Shown here: piece after piece, positions 8,426 to 18,003 of the stretch
How positions within the stretch are numbered: the first letter of the stretch is position 1
Layout of the letters: every line of letters starts with the position of its first letter
Source of the DNA: a virus
Strand: one strand, 5' to 3'
IMG/VR virus record: IMGVR_UViG_3300036466_000503
Span: 2,705-66,704 of that record
Length of the DNA: 64,000 nucleotides
Program-made: the position numbers and the translations under genes
The notes under the pieces: model-generated
What the model was told of the DNA's origin: nothing
Seen by the model: the letters and a program-made list of their open reading frames with translations, nothing else
The model's database searches: none

Positions 8426-11400
8426 TTGATCAGTTTGGAAGAACAAAAATTTGTAGCCCTCCACAACCATACTGCTAAGGGTTCGCTCTTAGATAGTATG
8501 GTTCGTGTTGAGGAGTTAACCAAAAAGGCAAAAGAGCTTGGTATGAAGTCTGTCGCAATTTCTGACCACGGAACACTTCATTCAATGGTTGATTTTTATA
8601 AGTCTGCACTTAATGAAGGTATAAAACCTATTTTTGCAGTTGAAATGTATATGGTTGAGGATATAAAAGTTAAAGATAAAAACGAGAAAAAAAGACACTT
8701 ATTATTAATAGCAAAAAACGAAAAGGGTTTTAAGAATTTATTTAAGTTAATTACTATTGGCAATGAACACTTTTACAAAAAACCTCAAATAGACTTTGAA
8801 ACCCTATTAAAATATAAAGAAGGATTAATTGTAGGAAGTGCCTGTATTGGTGGAAAAATTCCACAGCTTGCTTTAAAGAAAGATTTTCAGAATATGATGA
8901 ATGAAATAATTAAATATAAAAAAGCTTTTGGTGAAGATTTTTACCTTGAAATAATGGCAAATAAGCTAAAAGAGCAGTTATATGTAAATAAGGTATTGGT
9001 TAAAGCTTCAGAAAAAACAGGGGTAAAATTAATAGCAACAAACGATATTCACTATTTAAATAAAGAGGACTTTGAAACACACGATATAATGCTTGCAATA
9101 CAGACAAAAGCAAAACTAACAGACGAAAACAGATTTAGATTTGAAGCAAACGAGTTTTACCTAAAAGATTATGAAGAAATGAAAGCTGATTTATTTAATG
9201 GAGATAAAAGTTATGACAAATACGCTGAAAAAGCACTTAAAAATACTATTGAAGTAGCTGATAAAGTAGAGGAATTTGAATTGAAATTAGGAGAAACAAA
9301 CTTTCCCGATTATTTAGACTTACCTGATAAATATACTCCTGACGAATACTTAACAGGAATAGCAAACCACAGATTAAAGGGTTTGGCTAAAAATAAGAAT
9401 ATAAACTATAAGGAATATAAAGAAAGATTGGATTATGAATTGGATATTATCACAGCTAAAGGTTTTTCAACTTACTTTTTAGTTATTGCAGATATTGTAG
9501 GTTGGGGAAAGAAAAATGATTTACTTTTCGGATACGGTCGTGGGAGTGCGGGAAGTAGTTTGGTTTCATATTTACTTGGAATAATTGAAATAGATCCAAT
9601 TGAATATGATTTGGTATTTAGTAGATTTTTAAATAAAGAAAGAGATTCTTTACCTGACATCGATATCGACATAAGTAATCAAGCACGGGAAGAAGTTATT
9701 GAATATATAAAGAATAAATATGGTAAAGATTATGTAGCTCAAATCTGTACTTTTGGGACAATGAGTACAAAAGCAGTTTTAAAAGATGTGGGAAGAACAC
9801 TTGGCATAGATTTTATGGAGTTAAATAAAGGAATAGTTCCCTGTATTAAAGACGAGGCAGGCAGTTTATCTGAAGCATTAGAAATGAGCAGTAAACTTAG
9901 AGGTTATCAAAAGAAATATCCCAAACTCTTTGAACACGCTTTAAAATTAGAAGGTTTGCCACGACATTTGTCAAAACACGCAGGAGCAGTTGTTGTATCA
10001 CCAAAAAAAATTACAGATATAGTACCAATGTCCAATACTAAAGGAGATATGGTTACTCAAACTGAAATGCATGATAGTGAAGAGTTGGGATTATTAAAGA
10101 TTGACCTTTTAGGACTTAAAACATTGGATTTAGTAAAAAGAACAATTGACTTTATCGGGGAAAGAAAAGACTATGATAAATTGGATAAAAAAATATCAAC
10201 TAAGGGGTTAAAGAATTTAAGATTAGACGATCCAAAGGTATATAAATATATTTATGAAGAGGGAGACACAAGTGGAGTATTTCAGGTGGAGTCGAAACTT
10301 TTTAGAGGACTGCTTGAAAAAATGAAACCTGATGACTTTGAACACATTATAGCAATACTTGCACTTGGAAGACCTTCTATCTTGCAGGCTGATTTAGATA
10401 AAACATTTATTAAAAGAATGCACGGAGAAGAAGAAGTAGAATATCCACACGAAGACTTAAAACCAATTTTAGAAAATACTTTTGGAATTATGCTTTATCA
10501 GGAACAGGTTTTAAAGGTTGCTCAAAAAATTGCAGGGTTTAGTTTAGGTCGTGCTGATATACTTCGGAGAGCAATGGGAAAAAAGAAACCCGAAGTAATG
10601 GAAAAAATGAAAAAAGAGTTTATTGAAGGTTCTTTAGAAAATGGTTATACAAAAGAAAAGGCAGAAGAAATCTTTGAGTTAATAGAATACTTTGCAGGTT
10701 ATGGATTTAATAGGTGTTTAAGTGGAGATACTCTATTAGAAAAATCAAATAATGAAAAGTTATCAGTTAAAAATTTATACGATACCTGGCACGAAAAACA
10801 AAAAATAAATTTATTAAGCTTATCAAGTGATGGAAGAATAAGACCACGAAAAGTTAAAAATGTATTTAAAACAGGCAAGAAGAAATTATATAAAATCACA
10901 TTAGAAAACGGTCAGACAATCAAATCAAGTAAAGATCATAAATTTATGACTTCAAATAAAGAATGGAAAAGGTTATATCAGCTATCAGCAGGAGAAGAGC
11001 TTTTAGTTAAGGGAGATTATGAAGAAGAAAGTTATCCTATCATTCCAACTAAAATAATCAGCATTGAATATATTGGAGAAGAAATGACCTATGATATTGA
11101 AATGTACAGCGATAGTGAAAACGGACATAATTATATTGCAAACGATATTATAACCCACAATTCGCATTCGGCAGCTTATGCCAAACTATCATATACAACA
11201 GCCTATCTAAAATATTACTTTCCAACAGAATTTTACGCTTCCTTATTAACAATGGAATCAGATAAAACTCCTAAAGACAGCAATATCTCAAAGTATATGT
11301 CAGAGTGTTTTCAGAAAGAAATTAATATTAAACCTCCACACATCAATAAAAGTATTGAAGACTTTAATGTAGTTGACGGTGAAATAAGGTTTGGACTTAG

Positions 11401-11977
11401 AAATATAAGTGGAGTTGGTCAAAAGGCTTTAGAGGATATTTTAGAAAAAAGACCATTTGTAGATTTTTTAGACTTCTTTGAAAGAGTTGACCACAGGTTA
11501 GTTAATAAGACAGTAGTTGAAGCTTTAATTAAATCAGGTTCATTTGATTTTATCAACGAAAATAGAAATGAGTTATTATTTAAATATCAGGAATTAAGAA
11601 AAAATAATAAGGTTAGACAGTATTTACTTCCACAGTTTAATTATGCAGATCAAAAAGAAATACAGGTTTATGAAAAAGAAACACTTTCTTATTCAATTAC
11701 CTTTCCTTCAAAATGGGAAAAAGCTCAAATAGGAGAACACATTTATTATGAAGGAACAATTGAAGATGTATATATTCATAAAACTAAAAATAATAATGAG
11801 ATGGCATTTTTCACACTTGATTTTAAATCGGGGAAAGTAAAAGTTATTTCTTTTCCACAAAATTATTATAAAAATATAGAACAAATTAAAAACGGAAACT
11901 TTATTAAGTTAGTTGGAGAAAAATTGGATAACGAATCACTAAGTCTGAAAGGAGTTGATGAAGCCAATGGGGAATGA
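8426..11977 (+). CDS. dnaE: DNA polymerase III alpha subunit (intein-containing)
   Basis: PHP domain LHNHT..SLLD, GRGSAGSSLV, PDIDID, KIDLLGL, C-terminal OB fold. Confidence 0.97.
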   Translation: MISLEEQKFVALHNHTAKGSLLDSMVRVEELTKKAKELGMKSVAISDHGTLHSMVDFYKSALNEGIKPIFAVEMYMVEDIKVKDKNEKKRHLLLIAKNEKGFKNLFKLITIGNEHFYKKPQIDFETLLKYKEGLIVGSACIGGKIPQLALKKDFQNMMNEIIKYKKAFGEDFYLEIMANKLKEQLYVNKVLVKASEKTGVKLIATNDIHYLNKEDFETHDIMLAIQTKAKLTDENRFRFEANEFYLKDYEEMKADLFNGDKSYDKYAEKALKNTIEVADKVEEFELKLGETNFPDYLDLPDKYTPDEYLTGIANHRLKGLAKNKNINYKEYKERLDYELDIITAKGFSTYFLVIADIVGWGKKNDLLFGYGRGSAGSSLVSYLLGIIEIDPIEYDLVFSRFLNKERDSLPDIDIDISNQAREEVIEYIKNKYGKDYVAQICTFGTMSTKAVLKDVGRTLGIDFMELNKGIVPCIKDEAGSLSEALEMSSKLRGYQKKYPKLFEHALKLEGLPRHLSKHAGAVVVSPKKITDIVPMSNTKGDMVTQTEMHDSEELGLLKIDLLGLKTLDLVKRTIDFIGERKDYDKLDKKISTKGLKNLRLDDPKVYKYIYEEGDTSGVFQVESKLFRGLLEKMKPDDFEHIIAILALGRPSILQADLDKTFIKRMHGEEEVEYPHEDLKPILENTFGIMLYQEQVLKVAQKIAGFSLGRADILRRAMGKKKPEVMEKMKKEFIEGSLENGYTKEKAEEIFELIEYFAGYGFNRCLSGDTLLEKSNNEKLSVKNLYDTWHEKQKINLLSLSSDGRIRPRKVKNVFKTGKKKLYKITLENGQTIKSSKDHKFMTSNKEWKRLYQLSAGEELLVKGDYEEESYPIIPTKIISIEYIGEEMTYDIEMYSDSENGHNYIANDIITHNSHSAAYAKLSYTTAYLKYYFPTEFYASLLTMESDKTPKDSNISKYMSECFQKEINIKPPHINKSIEDFNVVDGEIRFGLRNISGVGQKALEDILEKRPFVDFLDFFERVDHRLVNKTVVEALIKSGSFDFINENRNELLFKYQELRKNNKVRQYLLPQFNYADQKEIQVYEKETLSYSITFPSKWEKAQIGEHIYYEGTIEDVYIHKTKNNNEMAFFTLDFKSGKVKVISFPQNYYKNIEQIKNGNFIKLVGEKLDNESLSLKGVDEANGE
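10715..11161 (+). mobile_element. 149-aa mini-intein (no homing endonuclease) in DnaE
   Basis: FAGYGFNR|CLSGDT...SSKDHKF...YDIEM...IITHN|SHSAAY: Cys1, block B His, terminal His-Asn, Ser+1. Confidence 0.95.
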
Positions 11978-12158
11978 TTTTAAAATTAACTTTTATGACG
12001 ATATAAAATTTGTAAGTTCAGAGCTTGAAGATATAAAAGCTGTTGCAGAAAAAATAAGAGTTTTTCACAAAGAATTAACAGCTTCGGGTATAGATCCCGA
12101 TTTAGCATATGATTTAACCTATCAGTTAGCCAAAAAGTTAATGGATAGCATAGCATAG
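11955..12158 (+). CDS. Hypothetical protein (likely start ATG 11967)
   Basis: Overlaps the dnaE stop. RBS AAGGAG. Confidence 0.65.
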   Translation: MMKPMGNDFKINFYDDIKFVSSELEDIKAVAEKIRVFHKELTASGIDPDLAYDLTYQLAKKLMDSIA

Positions 12159-12277
12159 AGAAAACTTTTGCTCTTATGAGCCTTTGGTCAAATGGTAAAA
12201 AAAGTAAGGTGTCGTATAATAATCATTATTAGACATAAATAATTAAGTTTTCACTTTAAAACTTTATAAATCAAAGA

Positions 12278-12314
12278 AAAAGGGAGTATAACCAAGCGAG
12301 GTTGCTCCCTTTTT
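12278..12314 (+). terminator. Intrinsic terminator
   Basis: AAAAGGGAGTA...TGCTCCCTTTTT. Confidence 0.7.
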
Positions 12315-12482
12315 AGTTTATTTTATAATAATACATTATAATACCCAAAAAAGTCTAATCAATTCTAAGGGCATTTAAAGCTGTTTAAAGGGGTATAAAG
12401 ACAGAATAGGACTATTTTACCCTTATTTTTAAAGCATTATTTTAAATTTTAATATAATAATTAATATTATTTAAAGTATTGT

Positions 12483-12512
12483 TTGAATAAAAACGGAATT
12501 TACGGGTATAAT
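12483..12512 (+). promoter_or_regulatory. TTGAAT-N18-TATAAT promoter, copy 4
   Basis: Motif match. Confidence 0.75.
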
Positions 12513-12607
12513 AATAATAGAAAGACCAATTAATGTATTATTATACAATTATTTCTAATTATACATTAAAGTTAATTAAATATATTTTTATAAGGAGTGA
12601 ATTTAAA

Positions 12608-12823
12608 ATGCAATTATTAAAAGGTTTATTTAATATTTCAATTCAGGCGGGTTTATTTACAGGGTTGGTTATGAGTATAGATAGAACAGATTGGAGATAT
12701 ACTTTCTTTTTTTCTCTTTTATTAATTATTTGGACTTTAACACTTAAAGACCTTAGAGAACAGAATGAAAGAAATAGATTTATCAAAGAGCTGCAAGAAG
12801 GTGATCAAAGTGAACAAGATTAA
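12608..12823 (+). CDS. Small two-TM membrane protein
   Basis: ATG 12608 after AAGGAG. Two hydrophobic stretches. Confidence 0.7.
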   Translation: MQLLKGLFNISIQAGLFTGLVMSIDRTDWRYTFFFSLLLIIWTLTLKDLREQNERNRFIKELQEGDQSEQD

Positions 12824-13412
12824 AGAACTTAGAAAAAAAGAGTTGAAAAAAGTTTTAATCGACAATGATTATAAAAACATTAATGGAGTTTGGAATTTAT
12901 ATAAAGACCTTGTATATTCAATAGCTTATACCTATGCAAGCACAAGAAAAGTTGATGTCAATGATGTAAAGCAAAATTCATATCTTTGTTGGCTTGAATT
13001 AACCAAAAGTTTTAAGGGTAAAAAAATGAATGGAGACAGCCTTGAAGGAAATTATGTTTCCTACATTAATAAGTATCTACCTAAAAGATTAAATAACTAT
13101 TGGAAAGACTATTCCCTTTTTAACGACTACAATATTTTTGAGTTAGACAGATTTGACGAATTTGAATTTCTTTCCCCTGATTTAATCCAAGAGGATATTG
13201 AAGATAACACACTTTCAACAGTTATAGGAAATAACATTGATATGTTTACTCCAAAAGAAAAAGAACTTTATTTTCTTTTAAAAGAGGGATATATCGCAAC
13301 AGATATAGCTGATATGTTGGAAGTTTCAGACGCAACTATTAGTGAACACAGAAAAAATATTCAGGGAAAAATAAGAGAGTTAGTTGGAGAAGGTGTTTTA
13401 AATGGAAATTAA
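12810..13412 (+). CDS. Sigma-70-like RNA polymerase sigma factor (candidate late sigma)
   Basis: Region 2-like LYKDLVYSIA...DVKQNSYL and C-terminal HTH DIADMLEVSDATISEHRKNI. Confidence 0.7.
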   Translation: MNKIKELRKKELKKVLIDNDYKNINGVWNLYKDLVYSIAYTYASTRKVDVNDVKQNSYLCWLELTKSFKGKKMNGDSLEGNYVSYINKYLPKRLNNYWKDYSLFNDYNIFELDRFDEFEFLSPDLIQEDIEDNTLSTVIGNNIDMFTPKEKELYFLLKEGYIATDIADMLEVSDATISEHRKNIQGKIRELVGEGVLNGN

Positions 13413-14262
13413 TTTAAACGAGCTATCCAACATTAAAGGTATTGGTAAAAAAACAATTCAGAGAGTTAGAGAATATAAGCTAAAAAAAAAGGGTTATATA
13501 AGCAAATATAACCCTGATTTAAAACTTGATTTAAATTCGATAAATAATGGTGATTGTTTGGAATTAATGAACGGTATTCCTGATAAGAGTATAGATATGA
13601 TACTTGCAGATTTACCTTATGGAACAACAGCTTGTTCTTGGGATAGTGTTATTAATTTAGATAAATTGTGGTTGCAGTACGAAAGAGTTATAAAGGATAA
13701 CGGAGCAATAGTTTTGACAGCAAAACAACCTTTTACAACTGAATTGATTAACAGTAATAAAAATTTATTTAGGTACACTTGGGTTTGGGATAAAGTTATC
13801 TCCCCCAACTTTATGAACGCAAAAAAAATGCACTTAAATGGTTTTGAAGAAATATTAGTTTTTTATAAAGAGCTACCAACATATAATCCTCAAATGGAAG
13901 AAGGAAAACCATTTATAGACAAAAGAAGTGGAAAAGGCAGATTAAAACACAATATGTATGGAGATAAACCCAATTATAAAGAGCAAATAAATACAGGAGA
14001 AAGATATCCACGAGGAATAATTAAGTTTTCAGCAAGAAATAATAACCCTATCCACCCAACTCAAAAACCAATTGCTTTATTTGAATATCTTATAAAAACT
14101 TATACTAATAAAGGAGATACTATTCTTGATAATGTTTCAGGTAGCGGAACAACAGCAATTGCTTCAATCAATACTGATAGAAATTATATCTGTATTGAAA
14201 AAGAAAAAAAATATTATGATTTATCTATTAAGAGAGTTGAAGGGGTGAAGGTAAATGGATAA
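13402..14262 (+). CDS. N4-C/N6-A DNA methyltransferase (beta class) with N-terminal HhH motif
   Basis: GDCLE, ADLPYG, HPTQKP and DNVSGSGTT motifs. N-terminal LSNIKGIGKKT. Confidence 0.9.
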   Translation: MEINLNELSNIKGIGKKTIQRVREYKLKKKGYISKYNPDLKLDLNSINNGDCLELMNGIPDKSIDMILADLPYGTTACSWDSVINLDKLWLQYERVIKDNGAIVLTAKQPFTTELINSNKNLFRYTWVWDKVISPNFMNAKKMHLNGFEEILVFYKELPTYNPQMEEGKPFIDKRSGKGRLKHNMYGDKPNYKEQINTGERYPRGIIKFSARNNNPIHPTQKPIALFEYLIKTYTNKGDTILDNVSGSGTTAIASINTDRNYICIEKEKKYYDLSIKRVEGVKVNG

Positions 14263-14758
14263 AGAAAGAAGTGTTTATATTTTTGAAGATATTACGGAAG
14301 AGTTATCTGAAAAAATTATTAAGAAGTTAATAAAATTAGAAAATGAAAATGAAGAAAATGATATTAACCTTTATATCTCCTCTTTTGGAGGCTCTATAAT
14401 ATCTACTTTTGCAATATATGATTTTATTCAAAATATGAAATGTAAAGTTAATACTATTGCTATTGGAAAAGCAATGTCAGGAGCCTCCGTTCTTTTAATG
14501 GGTGGTACAGGGAAAAGATTAATATATCCAAACACAAGGATTATGATCCACGAGGTAAGTGCGGGTTATGGAAGCGAAAAAATTACAGATATTAATATAA
14601 AACATAAAGAAAGTATGTTTATAAATGACACATTAATTAACTTATATAGTAAACATACAAAAAAAACTAAGGAAGAAGTTAAAAAAGAGCTTAAAAGAAA
14701 TAGATATATGTCTGCCAAAGAAGCTGTGGAATATGGTTTGGCTGACGAAATTTTATAG
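14255..14758 (+). CDS. clpP: ClpP-family protease subunit
   Basis: LYISSFGGS, GKAMS75, IMIH99, SAKEAVEYGLAD. Confidence 0.9.
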   Translation: MDKERSVYIFEDITEELSEKIIKKLIKLENENEENDINLYISSFGGSIISTFAIYDFIQNMKCKVNTIAIGKAMSGASVLLMGGTGKRLIYPNTRIMIHEVSAGYGSEKITDINIKHKESMFINDTLINLYSKHTKKTKEEVKKELKRNRYMSAKEAVEYGLADEIL

Positions 14759-14883
14759 CTCATAAAAATAATTTAGAAAAAAATAAAGTTTTTTCCAAAA
14801 TAACCCTAAAAAAAATGCCTATTTCGTTGTTATATCTTTTAGAGTTGATAATTGATATACCGAATAGGCTTTAATTTAGTCTA

Positions 14884-15080
14884 AAAAAGTATTAAAGGGG
14901 TGTATGGGAATGGGTAAGAAAAAACAAATGACTTCAAGAACAGAGTTTTTTGAACAGCAGGTAAGAGAAAGCGGTTATAAGAAGGAAGAAGTTAATTCGG
15001 TTTATTATGCAGATGATACAATTTATAATAAAGATATTTACGGAGCTTCAAATAGATTTGTAATGATGACAAGAAAATAA
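14884..15080 (+). other. Leader region of the late operon containing a probable ~56-58-aa ORF (MG)MGKKKQMTSRTEFFEQQ...MMTRK
   Basis: RBS AAGGGGTG before ATGs at 14904/14910. Stop TAA at 15078-15080. Confidence 0.5.
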
Positions 15081-15157
15081 AATTTGTGTGGGGTGCAAAT
15101 CTCCACACTTTCTTTTGTAGTAAACTTTCAGAATATTCTGAAAAGAGGTAATGATAA

Positions 15158-15550
15158 ATGTACGAGGACAAGGGTAGGGTTGCAGAGTTAGAATTTGCTA
15201 AAGAATGTATAAAAAGAGATATGGTTGTATCGAGACCTATTGTTGGTGCTGAAAAATATGATTATATTCTTGATAACAGAAAAAAATTACTTCGGATACA
15301 GGTTAAATCAACAAAAAACTTTTCAGAAAAAAATTCACGCTTTAAAGTTAATGTTGCTTACGGAAACAGTATTAAGAAAATATACACTAAAAAAGATATA
15401 GACTTTTTTGCTGTATATATTGAAGAATATGATATTTGGTATTTTATACCCGTTGAAGAAGTCGGGGTTAAAACATTAAATTTATACCCTCACAGAAAGT
15501 CAGAGGGTACTTTTGAAACTTATAAAAATAATTGGTCATTGATAAGTTAG
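15158..15550 (+). CDS. Free-standing group I intron-associated-type PD-(D/E)XK endonuclease
   Basis: KGRVAE...YDYILD...RIQVKS...Y...IDFFAVY pattern. Confidence 0.8.
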   Translation: MYEDKGRVAELEFAKECIKRDMVVSRPIVGAEKYDYILDNRKKLLRIQVKSTKNFSEKNSRFKVNVAYGNSIKKIYTKKDIDFFAVYIEEYDIWYFIPVEEVGVKTLNLYPHRKSEGTFETYKNNWSLIS

Positions 15551-15563
15551 GTGGTGGTTTTAT

Positions 15564-16352
15564 TTGGCTATGTCAGCTTGGAAGTTTAAAGAGTATGAAA
15601 AAGATATTATGAGTGATGAACTTGTAAAGGAAGCTCTTCATATTTTAGAAAAAAAATACGATAAAATGTCGAATTGGATTAAAGAAAATAAGAGTATTGA
15701 TAGCTGTCCTAAATGTGATAGTAAAAATCTTGAATATAAACATAACGGAATAGTTTGTAATGACTGTAATCATAAAGTTGAAATTAAAGTACCATATCCT
15801 GCTAAAGGTGGAGTTTGTGCAAGTAGAAAGTTAGAAAGTATTATTAAAGAATTATTCTCTTCTAAAATGAATAAGCAGATAGAAAACGAAAAACCACCAA
15901 CTGAAATGATTAATAACTTACCATTTGATATTAATAGTTTTGATACGGGCGAATATACAAAAGAGCAGGCTAACTATCTAAAAAATAGATACAGTACGCT
16001 TATTGAACAAAACAATATAACAAATGAAGTTGATAAATTCTATGTTCGTTCATTGGTAGTTAGAGAATTAAAGCTATTTACATTGGAAAGACAAATTGCT
16101 ATTGGAGAAGAAGTAGAGAGTGTTGATTTAAAAAGAGAATATAAAATTTATGATGATCTTGCTTCTAAACTAAAAGCTAATAAAGCTTCAAGAGGAGATA
16201 ATGATGAAGAAAGTTTCTTTGCAGATATGGAAAAGGTTATAGAGGGTGAAGAAATAGAAGAAATGATTAAAAAATATTATAACAATAGTGAACGAGAAGA
16301 ATATCTCAAAAAATCAAAAAAGAGAAGAGAAGAAGCAGGAAATCCTTATTAG
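15564..16352 (+). CDS. Zn-ribbon protein, probable terminase small subunit
   Basis: CPKC/CNDC motifs. Directly upstream of TerL. Confidence 0.55.
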   Translation: MAMSAWKFKEYEKDIMSDELVKEALHILEKKYDKMSNWIKENKSIDSCPKCDSKNLEYKHNGIVCNDCNHKVEIKVPYPAKGGVCASRKLESIIKELFSSKMNKQIENEKPPTEMINNLPFDINSFDTGEYTKEQANYLKNRYSTLIEQNNITNEVDKFYVRSLVVRELKLFTLERQIAIGEEVESVDLKREYKIYDDLASKLKANKASRGDNDEESFFADMEKVIEGEEIEEMIKKYYNNSEREEYLKKSKKRREEAGNPY

Positions 16353-16368
16353 GTTGGTTGGTGATTAA

Positions 16369-17988
16369 ATGGATAATAAGACGAGAAAGAAAATTCTTAA
16401 AGTTATTGAGGTTGCAAGATACATTCCCGTTATCGGGGCAGAAAAGTTATTAAAGATTAAACTTCCATATCACCAACAGGATATGTTGGACAGGATGTGG
16501 AAAAAGAAATTCCCTATTTTCCTTTGTTCAAGACGGACAGGGAAAACTTTTGTAATGTCTATTGGTTCTGTTATGAAAGCTGCACTATATCCACAGATAA
16601 AAATTGGTATAGTTGCTCCCGTATTTAGACAGTCAAAAACAGTATTTATGGAGATAGTTGATTTAATTAAAAGGTCTCCTTTTTTGCAGGCACAAATGAG
16701 TGGAGAACCGACACGGGGTTCAAGTGAATGGAGAATAGAATTTAAAAACGGCAGTTCTATTTCAGCACTTCCACTATCAGATAATATTCGCTCTAAAGGT
16801 TTTAATGTGATAATTGTTGACGAATACGGTTATGGAGATAATATTGACCAAATGATGAAAAGAATTATTGAGCCTATGATTTTTACAAAGCGTTCAGCTA
16901 AATTAGATACAGAGCCACACCCAACAGATATTGGAAACCAAATAATAATAGCTTCAACAGCAACTTTTAAATTTAATGATTATTATAAAAAGATAAAAGA
17001 ATATGAACAAAAAATAAAAGAGGGGAAAACTCAATATGACATTATTTCCTATGACTATAGAGATGGACTTGACGCAGGAATATTTGAAGAAGAACAGGTA
17101 TTAGAAAAATTCGAAAATAGTGATAGTCTTACACAAAAAATGGAGTATTTAAATATATTCCCTGATGATGACGGTTCTTTTATTCCTTATAGATTAATTC
17201 AAAAATATGCTATTGATACTGAAGAAGTAGAAAACGAAAAAGGAGAAATAGTACCGAGTACACAGATAGAGTTTAAACAGCCTTTAGATAAAAAAGGAAA
17301 CCCCAAATATGAATATGTACTAACTTTTGACGATGCAGATGTTGGAGATAACTTTGCTATTTCATTAATCAGGTTAGAAGGCAATATTAAAAAGATAGTT
17401 AGAATTGTTGCTATGAACAATAAACCAATACAGGAAAAGACAAAAGTTATTAGAGAACTTCTTAAAAACTTTAATATTGTTCGTATTTTTTGTGATCAGA
17501 GGCATAAAAATATTAAAGATAATCTTGCTAAACCATATAGATATGAAGACGGAATAAGAGGGAAAATTATTCTTGATAGAAATGATAAAGAGCAAGAAAA
17601 GTATGTTAAACAAAAGTTCCCGACTGAAGAAATAGAAAAACTTATTGTAGTTCATAACTTTTCAGGACCCACTAATGAAACAAGAGCCAGGCACTTACTT
17701 GGAGAATTAGAAAACGGAAGAGTTAAATTCCCTGCACCAATTGGAGCTGAAACAAAAAAGGAAGAAGACGCTATTACAGAGCTGAAGAAAACTTGGAATG
17801 AAATAACAAGTATTCAACCTACAATTAATGGAAAGTATATAAAGTTTGATACACCAAGCAGGTCGCAGAAAAAAGATAGGTGGACAGTTACGGAGTTGGG
17901 AGTATATATGAGTGATCAGTATTTAAAAGAAAAAACAACAAGTAATAGTGATACTGAAGTATATATGGGTGGTTGGAATAAGAAATAA
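16369..17988 (+). CDS. terL: Terminase large subunit
   Basis: Walker A SRRTGKT, Walker B IIVDE, IASTA, nuclease acidic residues, KKDRW. Confidence 0.92.
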   Translation: MDNKTRKKILKVIEVARYIPVIGAEKLLKIKLPYHQQDMLDRMWKKKFPIFLCSRRTGKTFVMSIGSVMKAALYPQIKIGIVAPVFRQSKTVFMEIVDLIKRSPFLQAQMSGEPTRGSSEWRIEFKNGSSISALPLSDNIRSKGFNVIIVDEYGYGDNIDQMMKRIIEPMIFTKRSAKLDTEPHPTDIGNQIIIASTATFKFNDYYKKIKEYEQKIKEGKTQYDIISYDYRDGLDAGIFEEEQVLEKFENSDSLTQKMEYLNIFPDDDGSFIPYRLIQKYAIDTEEVENEKGEIVPSTQIEFKQPLDKKGNPKYEYVLTFDDADVGDNFAISLIRLEGNIKKIVRIVAMNNKPIQEKTKVIRELLKNFNIVRIFCDQRHKNIKDNLAKPYRYEDGIRGKIILDRNDKEQEKYVKQKFPTEEIEKLIVVHNFSGPTNETRARHLLGELENGRVKFPAPIGAETKKEEDAITELKKTWNEITSIQPTINGKYIKFDTPSRSQKKDRWTVTELGVYMSDQYLKEKTTSNSDTEVYMGGWNKK

Positions 17989-18003
17989 GGGAGGTGTTAG
18001 TTA

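Noticed and set aside
12178-12230. tRNA-like start GAGCCTTTGGTCAAATGGTAA
   Set aside because: No D-stem closure, anticodon arm, T-loop or acceptor complement. At most a remnant.
15158-15550. Group I intron around the PD-(D/E)XK endonuclease
   Set aside because: Flanking genes look uninterrupted and there is no room for a ribozyme core.
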